Positions 38,298 to 48,742 of a stretch of 64,000 bases of DNA are shown piece by piece; the stretch's first letter is position 1, and every line of letters starts with the position of its first letter. This stretch comes from an uncultured Actinomycetes bacterium. Lineage in GTDB: Bacteria > Actinomycetota > Thermoleophilia > RBG-16-64-13. Position numbers and translations under genes: made by a program. Below the pieces are notes generated by a model. The model did no database searches, was not told the origin of the DNA, and worked only from the letters and a program-made list of their open reading frames with translations. The stretch spans positions 480,001-544,000 of the forward strand of contig CAWJDT010000001.1 in NCBI GenBank assembly GCA_963841735.1, in the 5' to 3' direction.

Positions 38298-39329
38298 TCA
38301 CCGCTGTCTATCCAAGAAGTATCCGGCCATGGAGGCCAGCATCTCGCGGGCGGGCGAATCCCGCACCGGCTCCAAGCACCGCCGAGCCTTCTCGATGAGC
38401 ACGGCCGCCAGGTTCTGCGCATACTCGAGGGAGCCGTAGCGCCGCATCAGCTCCACCACCTCGTCCGCCTGCTCTGGGGTCTTCGCGCTTCTCAACCGCA
38501 ACAGCTCGATGAGCCGCGCCCGGTCCTGGCCGCTCGCCTCGGTCAAGCAGTGGATCACCATGAGGGTGCGCTTGCTCTCGTAGACGTCGCTCAAATAGTC
38601 CTTGCCCATGGTGTCGACGTCGCCCAAGATGTTAAGGAGGTCGTCCTGGATCTGAAAAGCAATAGAACATTCTTTCCCAAAGCCTTCAAACGCTGCTATC
38701 TCCTGGGCCGTGCCCCCGCCGATGAGTGCTCCCACCTTGAGGGGAGCTATGCCGCTGTAGTAGCCGGTCTTGCCCAAAGCCATCGCCAGGTAGTCGTCGG
38801 GTGTGAGGTCGTAGAGGTCGTCACGCACCCAGCCCACGTCTAGGGCTTGGCCCTCCACGGTGCGCTGGCTCATCTCGCCGATAACGTCGAGCACAGCTAT
38901 CTTGGTGCGGTCGTCCAGCAGAGGATCGCGCACCACTATGGTGCAGACCAGCCCGAGGGCGTAGTCGCCGGCGTTGATGGTCAGGGCTTCCCCATGCAGG
39001 ATATGCGCGCACTTCTGCCCGCGCCTGAGGACGCTCTCGTCCATAATGTCGTCGTGCAGCAGAGCGGCGGCGTGGAACACCTCGATGGCACAGCCACCAG
39101 CCAAGGCTTTGCGGGCTTCTCCGCCCACGGCCTCGCAGGCCAGCATGGCCATAGCCGGGCGGGTCCGCTTGCCCCCGCGGGTGATGAACTCGTCCAGGAT
39201 GCCATACAGGTAGCGGTGAAGCGGGGAGCCCTGGGGAACGACGTTCAGATACCTACGCAGGTACTCGTCGATCTGCGGACTGACCGAGACGAGGTAATCG
39301 ACAAAAAGGTCACTAGTGCCCATGGGCAC
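38298..39329 (-). CDS. Polyprenyl diphosphate synthase (GGPP/FPP synthase type)
   Basis: GGKRTRP, LHDDIMDES.LRRG, GQALD, KTG.Y, FQIQDD, GKD..SD...KRT. Confidence 0.92.
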   Translation of the reverse strand: MPMGTSDLFVDYLVSVSPQIDEYLRRYLNVVPQGSPLHRYLYGILDEFITRGGKRTRPAMAMLACEAVGGEARKALAGGCAIEVFHAAALLHDDIMDESVLRRGQKCAHILHGEALTINAGDYALGLVCTIVVRDPLLDDRTKIAVLDVIGEMSQRTVEGQALDVGWVRDDLYDLTPDDYLAMALGKTGYYSGIAPLKVGALIGGGTAQEIAAFEGFGKECSIAFQIQDDLLNILGDVDTMGKDYLSDVYESKRTLMVIHCLTEASGQDRARLIELLRLRSAKTPEQADEVVELMRRYGSLEYAQNLAAVLIEKARRCLEPVRDSPAREMLASMAGYFLDRQR

Positions 39330-39358
39330 GACGATAGCACACGACGAACGGGGGTCCC

Positions 39359-40273
39359 CTAGTTTGACGCGCCCGTCTGGTCGACCAGTACGAAGCTGGT
39401 CAGATCACCCTGGGCCACGATGCGCTGCTTGGCGCTGTAAATGGGGTGACAGGCGGCAAGCGATACTTGTTCGCGCCCCAACTGCTTGACCGCCTCCACC
39501 TCGTCGGGGGACACGATGATGACTCGAGTAACCGTGTACCTGGCGACCGCGTAGGGCAGGACCAACTGGATCTCGTCACCAGGCTCCAGCTCGTTGATCT
39601 TGAAGAACGGCGCCCCGTAGGTGGTCCGATGTCCCGAGACCACGAAGTTGCCTACCTGTCCCGGCCAGGGAGTCTCGTCCCAGTGCCCTGGGCCTATCTT
39701 GAGGAAGCGCTTGCCGGTGCCCTCCACCATGACCACATCCACGCCGATCTTGGGAATGACGACGCGGCCTATAGGCTTGCCGGGTTGCACTGTGAGTTCG
39801 TATGCATCCGCCGCGGCGTGGAACGCCTCGAGCTGAGCCGTGCGCTCGGCTTCGGCCGCCGCAAGCGCGGCCTCTGCCGCCGCCTTGTCGGCCGCCGCGG
39901 CGGCAGCGACCGCGGCCTCTTCGGCGCTCAGTTCCATCGGCTGGAAGTCGCTGTCGGAAAGGGTCGCCTGAGTCGCGGCTATCCCCGGGTTCGCTGCAGC
40001 CAAATCGGCGCGGAGCCCACGCTGCTGGATGGCGGTGTAGGCGCAGGTGCCCCCGTAGTAGGCGGGAATGATAAGGATGCCCACCGCGATCAGAATCCAA
40101 CTGGCCCAGCGGGCGATCCGGCGGCCGCGGCTCCGCTTAGCGGCTGCGACCTGGGGTTCTGGGGCGATTTCCGCGTCGGGGGAGGCATCCGCCGGGGAGC
40201 CGGTCGTCGCCGGAGGTGTCGCCGGCAGGTTCACCGGGATCTTGGCCCAAGGGTCTATCGGGTCTTCGGGCAT
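39359..40273 (-). CDS. Sortase (class E/D-like)
   Basis: N-terminal TM anchor, IPKIG, GPGH..TP.PG..GN..VSGHRTTYGAPF, LAACHP...R. Confidence 0.9.
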   Translation of the reverse strand: MPEDPIDPWAKIPVNLPATPPATTGSPADASPDAEIAPEPQVAAAKRSRGRRIARWASWILIAVGILIIPAYYGGTCAYTAIQQRGLRADLAAANPGIAATQATLSDSDFQPMELSAEEAAVAAAAAADKAAAEAALAAAEAERTAQLEAFHAAADAYELTVQPGKPIGRVVIPKIGVDVVMVEGTGKRFLKIGPGHWDETPWPGQVGNFVVSGHRTTYGAPFFKINELEPGDEIQLVLPYAVARYTVTRVIIVSPDEVEAVKQLGREQVSLAACHPIYSAKQRIVAQGDLTSFVLVDQTGASN

Positions 40274-40321
40274 GTTGCGTCCGTTCGTCGACCATATCAA
40301 GGGAGAGTATAGCTTGAACCC

Positions 40322-40349
40322 ATATCGGCAACTGTCGCTGGTGGGATTA
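40322..40349 (-). promoter_or_regulatory. Possible sigma-28-type promoter upstream of the sortase
   Basis: TAAT-N16-GCCGATAT; the 13-mer TTGCCGATATGGG is identical to that in the pilin promoter. Confidence 0.45.
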
Positions 40350-40471
40350 TCTCCACCCGGGTCTGCTTCCATGGCGGCTCTGTCCGCCTGGCTTAAGAGA
40401 GCGCCGGCGGCCACGATGAGACTGTAGCTGGTAACTCCCAAGCCTGCGGCCAAGACCATCTCGACCAACGC

Positions 40472-40900
40472 TCAGAACGCGTGGATGACCATCCCCTCCA
40501 ACCGGGAGTAGTGCTGCTTGTCGAAAGTCGCCACCCTACTCAGACCCCTCTCCCTCATCCAGCAGGCACTGTAGGCGTCGATGAAGTCGACCTTGGCCTC
40601 CCCGTACGCGAGGAGTGCGTCGATCACAACGTCCGCTTCGGGGATCGCCAAGCCATCCATGCACGCGACGGCCATCGCCCGCTCTTGTACCTCGGACCGG
40701 CCAAGGTGGTAGTAGCCTTCGAGAACCCACACCAATTCGGCCAAAACCATCGCGTTTGTGGTCAGTCTCACCTCTCCTGCCGCCGCCCCCTGGAACAACG
40801 CTTCCACCGCCGCGGCCTGCTCGGGCACGTCGTTGGTGAGGAAGCGAAGAAACACATTGGTGTCGACGAACACCGAGTCCCATTCGGCGCCATGGCCCAT
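40472..40900 (-). CDS. vapC: PIN-domain VapC toxin
   Basis: FVDTNVFLRFL, E..WVL, DF.DA, TFD. Confidence 0.88.
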   Translation of the reverse strand: MGHGAEWDSVFVDTNVFLRFLTNDVPEQAAAVEALFQGAAAGEVRLTTNAMVLAELVWVLEGYYHLGRSEVQERAMAVACMDGLAIPEADVVIDALLAYGEAKVDFIDAYSACWMRERGLSRVATFDKQHYSRLEGMVIHAF

Positions 40901-40904
40901 GCGA

Positions 40905-41156
40905 TCAGGCCGCGTCACCGGTTGACCTCCGCCCTCGGTTGGCGGCTGCTTCCGCCCGGATCGCCTCCAGGTCCTGCGGCCCATCGACAGGCACGCTCCC
41001 GCGCAGGGCGAAGATAGAGCGACCAGCAGGGCGCAGGATCATCTCCCCAGCCCTGATCACGACCGTCAGGTGCCCGCCCTCCTCCAACTGGAGTTCGCGC
41101 CTTAGCGCACTGGGTATGGTTATCTGGCCTCGCCGGCCGATGCGAAGGCTTGGCAT
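40905..41156 (-). CDS. vapB: AbrB/MazE-family antitoxin
   Basis: RGQITIP..LR..L.L..G; directly upstream of the PIN gene; GGAGG RBS. Confidence 0.88.
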   Translation of the reverse strand: MPSLRIGRRGQITIPSALRRELQLEEGGHLTVVIRAGEMILRPAGRSIFALRGSVPVDGPQDLEAIRAEAAANRGRRSTGDAA

Positions 41157-41169
41157 CGGAGCCTCCCTC

Positions 41170-41193
41170 GTATGACTGTATGATGCCATTATA
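41170..41193 (-). promoter_or_regulatory. vapBC promoter -10 and putative antitoxin operator
   Basis: TATAAT followed by the direct repeat TCATAC-AG-TCATAC just before the RBS. Confidence 0.5.
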
Positions 41194-41419
41194 TCCTCCC
41201 ATGGCCTTTTCATCCGCAGTATTGATTCTATCCGCATAGCGGAGAGCCCGCGGACGTGACTGCCCTGGATTCTCCACGCCCCGCGCATCTGCCGAGCCTA
41301 CTGTTTGGCGATCAGGGTCGCCTTGCGACTTTCGACCGACCTAGGCGCGTCTGGCCCCCAGCAGGGCGCGTGCCTTATGATGACCACATCACTCGACCAC
41401 ATGGAGGCGGCAGACGATC

Positions 41420-42745
41420 ATGGCGACCAATCCGAACTTGAATCATCTGCTGACCCGCATACAGAACCGGGAAGCGGTTGTCGGGATAATCGGCCAGGGC
41501 TACGTCGGGCTGCCTTTGGCCTTGGCGTTCGTCGGTTCCGGCTTCACCGTCATCGGCTTCGACCTCGACCCGGCCAAAGTCACCGCGCTCAACAAAGGTG
41601 AGTCACATATCCGGCACGTGGGCTCGGAGCGCGTGGGCGCCGCTGTTGCCACCGGCCGCTACTCGGCCACGGGCGACTTCGCCCAACTCTCGGATTGCGA
41701 CGCCGTGCTCGTGTGCGTGCCCACCCCGCTGGGCAAGCACCGCGAACCCGACATGAGCTACGTGCTCGCCACCGCCGCCGCCATCCGCGACCATCTGCGC
41801 CCGGGGCAGTTGGTGGTGCTGGAGTCGACCACCTATCCCGGCACCACCGACGAAGAGGTGCTGCCCATGCTGGAGGAGTCGGGGCTCAAAACGCCGGCCG
41901 ACTTCTTCCTGGCCTTCTCTCCCGAGCGGGAAGATCCGGGAAACGCTTCCTTCTCGACAGTCACGATCCCCAAACTCGTGGGAGGGGTCAACCCGGAATC
42001 CACCGAGGCCGCCGTCGCCCTCTACTCGGGTCCCATCACCCAGGTGGTACCTGTGTCGTCGTCGCGCATCGCCGAAGCGGCAAAACTGCTGGAGAACATC
42101 TACCGCGCGGTGAACATCGCCCTGGTGAACGAGCTCAAGATGACCTTCGACCGCATGGACATCAACATCTGGGAGGTCATCGAGGCGGCCAAGACCAAGC
42201 CCTTCGGCTTCCAGCCCTTCTACCCCGGGCCCGGGCTGGGCGGGCACTGCATCCCGCTGGACCCGTTCTACCTCACCTGGAAGGCCGCTGAATACGGCAT
42301 GTGGACCCGCTTCATCGAGCTGGCCGGTGAGATCAACACAGGCATGCCCAGCTACGTGGTCTCCCGGCTGGCCGACGCCCTGGCCGCCGAGAAGCGGACG
42401 CTCAACGGCGCCAAGATCCTGGTGCTGGGACTGTCGTACAAGCCCGACATCGACGACGACCGCGAGTCGCCCAGCTACGAGATCATCGAGTTGCTGCAGG
42501 AGCGGGGGGCCGAAGTGGCCTACTGCGACCCGCACATCCCGGTGCCGCACCCCGGCCGCAAGCACGCCCTCACCGACCCTTCGGTGCCCATGACCGCGGA
42601 AGAGTTCGCCAAGTACGACGCGGTGGTGCTGTCCACGGCGCACGCGCAGTTCAAGGACCCGGCGCTGTACGCCCAGGTGCGGCTGCTGTGCGACACCCGC
42701 AACGCCATCGAGCCGCCTGAGGGCTGCCGGTATCTGAGGGCGTAG
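41420..42745 (+). CDS. UDP-N-acetylhexosamine dehydrogenase (WbpA/WecC/TviB family)
   Basis: GQGYVGLPLA, CVPTP, ESTTYPG, SPEREDPGN, AKLLEN.YR.VNIA, GPGLGGHCIP.DP, D.RESP. Confidence 0.93.
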   Translation: MATNPNLNHLLTRIQNREAVVGIIGQGYVGLPLALAFVGSGFTVIGFDLDPAKVTALNKGESHIRHVGSERVGAAVATGRYSATGDFAQLSDCDAVLVCVPTPLGKHREPDMSYVLATAAAIRDHLRPGQLVVLESTTYPGTTDEEVLPMLEESGLKTPADFFLAFSPEREDPGNASFSTVTIPKLVGGVNPESTEAAVALYSGPITQVVPVSSSRIAEAAKLLENIYRAVNIALVNELKMTFDRMDINIWEVIEAAKTKPFGFQPFYPGPGLGGHCIPLDPFYLTWKAAEYGMWTRFIELAGEINTGMPSYVVSRLADALAAEKRTLNGAKILVLGLSYKPDIDDDRESPSYEIIELLQERGAEVAYCDPHIPVPHPGRKHALTDPSVPMTAEEFAKYDAVVLSTAHAQFKDPALYAQVRLLCDTRNAIEPPEGCRYLRA

Positions 42746-42899
42746 GGGGCGAGGGCCCAGCCTATTGGCGCAAGGACTTCTGGCTCAAACCTCGAAACTC
42801 GGGTAGACGATGATTGGCAGGGGATCTGTCCACCTGTCGGACATGCCGAAGACCCAGAGTGGTGTCTACCCGACCCAACGATAGCGGGGTGGTTTCTCT

Positions 42900-43244
42900 T
42901 TGATTGTGGCACTCGCCGTCGCGAATTCCCTGCTTATGGTTGCCGGGCAGACTCTCTGGAAGTTGGGAGCCCGCGGCAAAGAAGTACACAGCCTAGAGCA
43001 ACTTCTCCGTCTCTTCCTGAGCCCGTATATCATCGGAGGGCTCGTCGTGTATGTGTGCGCCTCGGCACTGTGGATCTACGTTCTCAACAAAGCCGATCTC
43101 AGCTACATCTATCCCGTCCAGAGCCTGGCTTTCGTCTTTGTCCTCATCATCGGTACCACCGTTTTCAAGGAGCAGTTCACGGCTTGGAAGTTGATCGGCG
43201 TACTCGTGATCTGCCTCGGTGTCTTCATCCTCACGCGCCGGTAG
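42900..43244 (+). CDS. Small EamA/SMR-type membrane protein (ArnE/ArnF-like)
   Basis: 114 aa, 4 TM, GQ.LWK.G, W..VL...DLS..YP, FKE. Confidence 0.8.
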   Translation: MIVALAVANSLLMVAGQTLWKLGARGKEVHSLEQLLRLFLSPYIIGGLVVYVCASALWIYVLNKADLSYIYPVQSLAFVFVLIIGTTVFKEQFTAWKLIGVLVICLGVFILTRR

Positions 43245-43252
43245 CCGAAACC

Positions 43253-44332
43253 GTGTGGAAGTCCGTGACATACCGGCCGGAGGACCTGTCGGAGACTGTC
43301 GAGATGACCCAGGAGTACTACGGCGAGTCTTGGGTCTCAGATCTTGAGTTCTTACGCTGGCAGTACGAGGCCAATCCCGCCGGTCCAGCGATAGCCCATC
43401 TCGCGCGTGACACGGACAACGGGCGGCTCGCCGGTCAGTACGTCGTCATCCCCATGAGACTCCAAGCCGTCGGTGACAGTGTGCGCGGCCTACTGTCGCT
43501 GAATACGCTCACCAGAGAAGCCTATTGGGGCCAGGGCGTATTCACTGGGCTTGCTCGGGCAGTCTTGCAGGATTGCCAAGATCAGGGATTCGGCCTGTGC
43601 TATGGCTTCCCGAACCCAAAGTCATACCACGGCCTAGTGCGCACACTTGGGTTCACTGACCTCGGGCGCGTGCCGTTGCTCCTTCGGCCACTCAACGTGC
43701 GCTCTCTCGTGCGAAGCCGTTTCGGTGCATTCGCCGGGTTGATTGCTTCGCCCGCAGGGATTTTCTACCGGCTTCGAGAGCGCTCGAACAGTGCTTGGGA
43801 GGTGCGACCGCTCGTCGTGTCAGACCTCGGCGATGTCGAAACCTTCTGGAGCCGCGTACGAGGAAAGTACCCGATCATGGGTGTCCGCGACGAGAAGTAC
43901 TTTCGCTGGCGCTACTTCGACGTTCCGCTACGCGAGTACCTCGTCTACGGCATCTACAGCAAGGGCGGAGCGGACCTCCTCGGCTACGTGGTCGGCCGGT
44001 ACACGGAAGTGGAAGGCCTCAGAGCGGGCATGGTCGTCGACATGCTCGTCATTGAGGGGCTTCCCCGGTCTGCAGGCAAACTTCTCCTCACAGTTCTTCT
44101 TAGCGATCTCGCCGCCCGTGGCGCCAGCACAGCCGGATCGCTGATGCTGTCGCACACTGAGGAGTCCCGGATCCTCAGGGCGAACGGCTTTCTAAGGTGC
44201 CCCCGAGCCCTGGAACCGCAACCTTTCCCCTTCTGCTATCTCAGACTGACCACCGACGAGAAGGGTGGGCCAGATCCCCTGGCCAACCTAGAACAGTGGT
44301 TCCTGACTATGGGCGACTATGACGTCATCTAG
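43253..44332 (+). CDS. GNAT family N-acetyltransferase
   Basis: WQY..NP.G, Y.GQG.F..L, YGFPN..S, R...YF.WRY, GD.D C-terminus. Confidence 0.82.
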   Translation: MWKSVTYRPEDLSETVEMTQEYYGESWVSDLEFLRWQYEANPAGPAIAHLARDTDNGRLAGQYVVIPMRLQAVGDSVRGLLSLNTLTREAYWGQGVFTGLARAVLQDCQDQGFGLCYGFPNPKSYHGLVRTLGFTDLGRVPLLLRPLNVRSLVRSRFGAFAGLIASPAGIFYRLRERSNSAWEVRPLVVSDLGDVETFWSRVRGKYPIMGVRDEKYFRWRYFDVPLREYLVYGIYSKGGADLLGYVVGRYTEVEGLRAGMVVDMLVIEGLPRSAGKLLLTVLLSDLAARGASTAGSLMLSHTEESRILRANGFLRCPRALEPQPFPFCYLRLTTDEKGGPDPLANLEQWFLTMGDYDVI

Positions 44333-44351
44333 CCCGCCCCAGAGCGGCACC

Positions 44352-45176
44352 ATGAAGAACATCCTTACGGTGGACCTAGAGGAATGGTTCCATGCCAACT
44401 ACCACACGGGTGTCTTCAGTGACCGGGGAACCTACGAAACACGCGTGGTTGAGAACACGCGGCGTTTGCTTGAGATGTTCGCCGAGCACCATGCCAGAGC
44501 AACCTTCTTCGTACTTGGCAGCGTAGCAGAAGCCCACCCTGCACTCATCCGCAAGATCGCCGAGGCGGGCCACGAAATCGCTACTCACGGCTATGGGCAC
44601 CTACTCGTCTACGAGCAGACTCCTGAGGAGTTCAGACAGGATGTCACGCGGGCACGCACCCTTCTGGAACAGATGGTTGGTCGGCATGTCAAAGGGTACA
44701 GAGCCCCCTCGTGGTCGATCACCGACAAGAGCATGTGGGCACTGGAGTTGCTTGAAGAGCTCGGCTTTGCCTATGACGCCAGTGTGTTCCCGGTTCGGAC
44801 CTACCTGTACGGCATGCCGTCGGCACCACGTTTCCCCTATCGACCCGTGGTCGGCGGGCGCACGCTCGAGATCCTCGAGGTACCCACCTCGACTGCCCGA
44901 ATTCTGGGCCGCAATTTCCCCTTCTCCGGCGGATTCTATTTCAGAGCCTTGCCCTTCTCGCTGTTCGCGCACGGCATAAGATCGGTGAACCGCGAGGGAC
45001 ACCCGGCGATTGTCTATATCCATCCCCGAGAGATCGATCCTTGCCAACCTCGGCTGCGCCTCTCGCTCAAAGAGCGTCTCATCCACTACTACGGGGTGAA
45101 GGACTGCGAGGCCAAACTCGTTCGCGGTCTAGGCAGCTTCGAGTTCACTTCCGTCGAAGAAAGCCTGGGTGTCTGA
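44352..45176 (+). CDS. Polysaccharide deacetylase (CE4, DUF3473/XrtA-locus type)
   Basis: TVDLEEWFH, ATFFVLG, GHEIATHG..H, GYRAPSWS, YDAS.FP, GG.YFR..P, Y.HP.EID. Confidence 0.9.
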   Translation: MKNILTVDLEEWFHANYHTGVFSDRGTYETRVVENTRRLLEMFAEHHARATFFVLGSVAEAHPALIRKIAEAGHEIATHGYGHLLVYEQTPEEFRQDVTRARTLLEQMVGRHVKGYRAPSWSITDKSMWALELLEELGFAYDASVFPVRTYLYGMPSAPRFPYRPVVGGRTLEILEVPTSTARILGRNFPFSGGFYFRALPFSLFAHGIRSVNREGHPAIVYIHPREIDPCQPRLRLSLKERLIHYYGVKDCEAKLVRGLGSFEFTSVEESLGV

Positions 45177-45295
45177 TCGCGCGGTGGCGGGGCGCTCACG
45201 CCCCGTCGGACCGCTGCAGCAAGCCCTTTGCCGCTCTCAGAAGCAGGTGTTAGTTTCGTGCACCGAATCGACCTCTAGTGACGGGTGAGATAGAC

Positions 45296-46593
45296 ATGCG
45301 ACGGATTTCAAGACTCGTGCAGCGCCGGGATCTTCCAGCCCTCCTCCTTCTCGCGGCCATTCTCGTCTTTCGAATCGCCTGGGTGTTGCTCGCCGAGCCC
45401 CCTGCCGTAGAGAAGGATGCCGCCTTCTACAGCGCCGCCGCTCACTGGTTCATGAACTCCGGCACATTCGCGATAAGCGACGCCCTGCAGCCGAGCGCCT
45501 GGGGGATGCCCGGGTATACCTTCTTCGTCAGCATCGTGTACTGGGTGTTCGGTTCTGGTCCTGGAGGTCTGGTGGCTGTGCGTGTCGTGCAGGCGCTGCT
45601 GAGTGTGCTTACCCTCTTTGTGCTCTATCGGATAGCCCTTCGCCTCCAAGGACGGAAGCTGGGTATCGCCGTTGTCATCCTCGCCGGCCTGTACCCACCA
45701 TTCACCCTCGCCAACCAGTACATACTCACCGAGGTCCTCTACACCTTCCTCCTCTCGCTCGTCGTCCTCTGCGGCGTCCGTATCCTGGACAAAGCCTCCT
45801 GGGCCAACGCCTGCGCCTTCGGGGTAGTGCTTGCCGCCGCTGCCTATGTCCGGCCTGCCGGCGTCTTGTGGGGCGTGGTCCCGTTCCTGCTGCTCTTGAG
45901 GCGAGTGCCTTTCCGGAGGTTGGCAGTACTAAGCGCCGTCGCCCTCGTCGTATTCTGCGTGTGCATGAGCCCCTGGTGGATAAGAAATGCACAGGTGTAC
46001 GACCGTTTTGTGCCCTTCAGCACCAGCAGCGCCGACCCATTGTTGCGAGGCACATACAGCATGTTCTACGTGGGTGACGAAGCCAACGGAATACCCGAAG
46101 GCACCCTGATCTGGACCAGCGCCGAGATGCAGGACATATCGGTCAAGGACGAGCTACGGGCCGGTTCACACTACAAGGAACTGGCCCTCTCCAGGCTGAA
46201 GGACCAAATCCTGCACCATCCTGCCCAGTTGCTGCTCGGTAGGCTCCGCGCCACCTTCGGGTCCTTCAGATCACCCTACCTGATACCGCAGTTCCCGAAG
46301 CTGGCCAAGGAAGCGATCAAATACGCCCAGCTCCTGTTCCTACTGGTCCCCGCCGTGGTGGCCATCTGGATAAAGAGAAGGGACAAGCGGGTGCTTCTGC
46401 TGGGATCGTTGCCCGTGCTCGTCGGGCTGACCTACGCGGCGATACTCATCGACTCGCGGTACGTCTCCCCTTGATGCCCGTGATCTTCGTTCTCGCGGCG
46501 CATGGGATGGCTGCACTCTTCGATTGGGGATCACGGAGGCTCTCTGCGCGCCCTGCGGCAAAACGGCCCGTGCTCGGGCCCAACCCAAGTTGA
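45296..46593 (+). CDS. ArnT/GT39-type membrane glycosyltransferase (GT-C), frameshift near 46466
   Basis: DA..Y...A, PGY..F, ILTE.L..FL, RP, PWWIRN; the final RY.FP-LMPVIFVLAA helix continues in another frame to TGA 46591-46593. Confidence 0.8.
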
Positions 46594-47749
46594 CGTGTGG
46601 TCGACGTACTAGAGACGACAACTGGCGGCCCTAGCGTCAGGGATGTACTCTGAGGGAGGCCGACCAGGCGGCCTACCACCCGCGGTCGGCTTCGCTCTCT
46701 TTCGCAGGCAGGGCGAGCGGTCGCCCAGTCGTGTCTGAGGATGTTGCTGGTATCGGCACCCGGAGAGCCCGATATCTCGAGCAGAAGGGCCTGGAGCAGC
46801 AACTGTATGCCCACTATGAGAGCGACTGCCGCAATCATCACGGTGCCGGTGGGAGTAGCGGTACCATGTTGAGCCGAGAGGAACCAGTGGACCGCACCGA
46901 AGACGATCCCGAACAAGAAGAACAGGGTCCCGAACGAGAACAGCGCCGCAACGGCACCGAAATCCACCAGGAAGTACTTCCTGGTGAACCTTCTCCACCA
47001 ACCCGCGATCAGCCGCGGGGGAAATCCGAAGAAAGACTCGTCGATAGCGAATGCCCGAAGTCTCCTCGCCGTATATGGTCGTGACAGGCATGTCCACCAC
47101 TCGGGCATTGTAGACGTTGAGCCACAGCAGCATGCTGTTCTCGAAGAAGTAGTCCTTGGCCAGCGGTCGAGGGGCAAGCAGGCGCAGGTAGGATGACCGA
47201 ACGGCAGTGAAACCGCACTGGGAGTCAAACACGTGCCAGTAACCGGTGGAGACCTTCGTCATGAACGAGAGCGCGACGCTCCCCAGTCTGCGGACTCTCG
47301 GCATCGAGCGGTTTGAACCCGCCACATAGAAGCGACTCCCTTTGACGTAGTCGGCGACGCCGAACAGCAGCGGCGCCAACAGCCTCTCTATCTCAGCTGC
47401 GTTCATCTGCCCGTCGGCGTCCATCTTCACAACGAAGTCGCATCCGTCGACGAGCGCCCGACGATAGCCGGTGACCACTGCGCCTCCCACACCCAAGTTC
47501 GTCTCGTGCCGTATGTAGGTCACACGAGGATCATAAATCTCAATCGCGATCCGAGGGAGTCTCGTCGTGACTGCAGTCGTCGACAAGGTAGACGTGATCG
47601 ACCGAGGGGGGCAGCGAACTGATGACTGTCGGGAGAAAAGCAGCTTCGTTGTACGCCGGCAGCACCACTCCGATCTTCTGAGGGCCTTGGGCGACCCGGG
47701 AAGGCCGGCGAAGGATCCTGGCGTCGCTGTCAGTAGCCGAAAGCACCAT
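46446..47749 (-). CDS. GT2 glycosyltransferase with C-terminal TM helices (DPM/ArnC-like), frameshifts near 47556 and 47020
   Basis: Three frames: VVLPAYNEA..VDDCS.D; RH..NLGVGGA..MDADGQ..GSRF..DSQCGF; then two TM helices. 3' end uncertain. Confidence 0.78.
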
Positions 47750-47826
47750 GGCTGCGTCTCCCAACTCCGTTTGCGCGACCACAGTAGCATCTCCGCGGAC
47801 GGGGCAAAAGTTCCCCGCCCAGGTTG

Positions 47827-48718
47827 TCAGTCATGGGTATCGACGTCCGTGGCCCAGGCAGCCGGATCCAAGCCGCCGCGACCGCCCTTGCGACAAAGAA
47901 ACAGCATGTCGCCCGGACGAATACCGTAGCGCAACCCGTCCGGGGCGGCATCAAGCTCATTCATGTCAAAGACCTGCACCGACTGACAGCTCTGGGCGAG
48001 ACGATCCATCAGATCTCTCCCATAGTGCCGGTAGTGGCCCTCAGACCGGATGCGACGGAACGACTCGCTCTTCGCGCTTCCCCAATCGCAAGGCACGCAT
48101 ATCAACGCCAGGCCGTCGGCCGAGAGAATGCGGGCCAGCTCACCGATGGCGGCGCCATCGTCCGGGACGTGTTCAAGCACATGACTACATAGCACGAGAT
48201 CGTACCCACCGTCGGTGAACGAGAGCTTCTGGATGTCCTCTTTCGGGAAGTCGCACCCGACGTCATCCAGATCGGTCGTCTGATATCGGAGCCGCTCGAA
48301 CGTCAAGATAACCCTCGTCAAGACCATTTCAGGTGCGAAGTGAAGCACGCGCACAAGATCTTCCCGTTCACCCAACACGCGCCTGATAACAAGGGCCAGG
48401 CCTCGATGCCGGCTCCGGGAGTCGCATGCCGGACAGGCAGAGTTCCAGGTCACATGCCAGTGATCGCCCAGACTGACGAATGCGTGGGCTGTCTCGCCAC
48501 AGCAATTGCAGAGGAATCGAGCGCTCGCACCTGAGCGCGCGTAGTGGTTCCAGAGATTGACGGAGCCACACGCCAAAGCGTTGGCGAGGCCCCGAACGTC
48601 GCCCTTCGTTGAGCGGTCTGGCCACGCTCCTCAGTTCCTGCAGAAGCTCGCCGCGGCACAGTCTGTAGTTGCCCGGGTAGTTGGCAAGCGACGCAGTCTC
48701 GTGATCTTCTTGAGCCAT
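47827..48718 (-). CDS. Class I SAM-dependent methyltransferase with Zn-ribbon, probable frameshift near 48560
   Basis: CNCCG..CPAC.S..RHR, LHFAPE, D.VLCSHVLEHV.DD, H.RHYG; the N-terminus appears to be in another frame from ATG 48718. Confidence 0.72.
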
Positions 48719-48742
48719 GGGAGCCCCTCGTCGCCGGCTTGA

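Noticed and set aside
40274-40468. N-terminal extension of the sortase ORF or an HTH remnant
   Set aside because: No convincing domain; the region contains promoter-like motifs and a better ATG exists at 40273.
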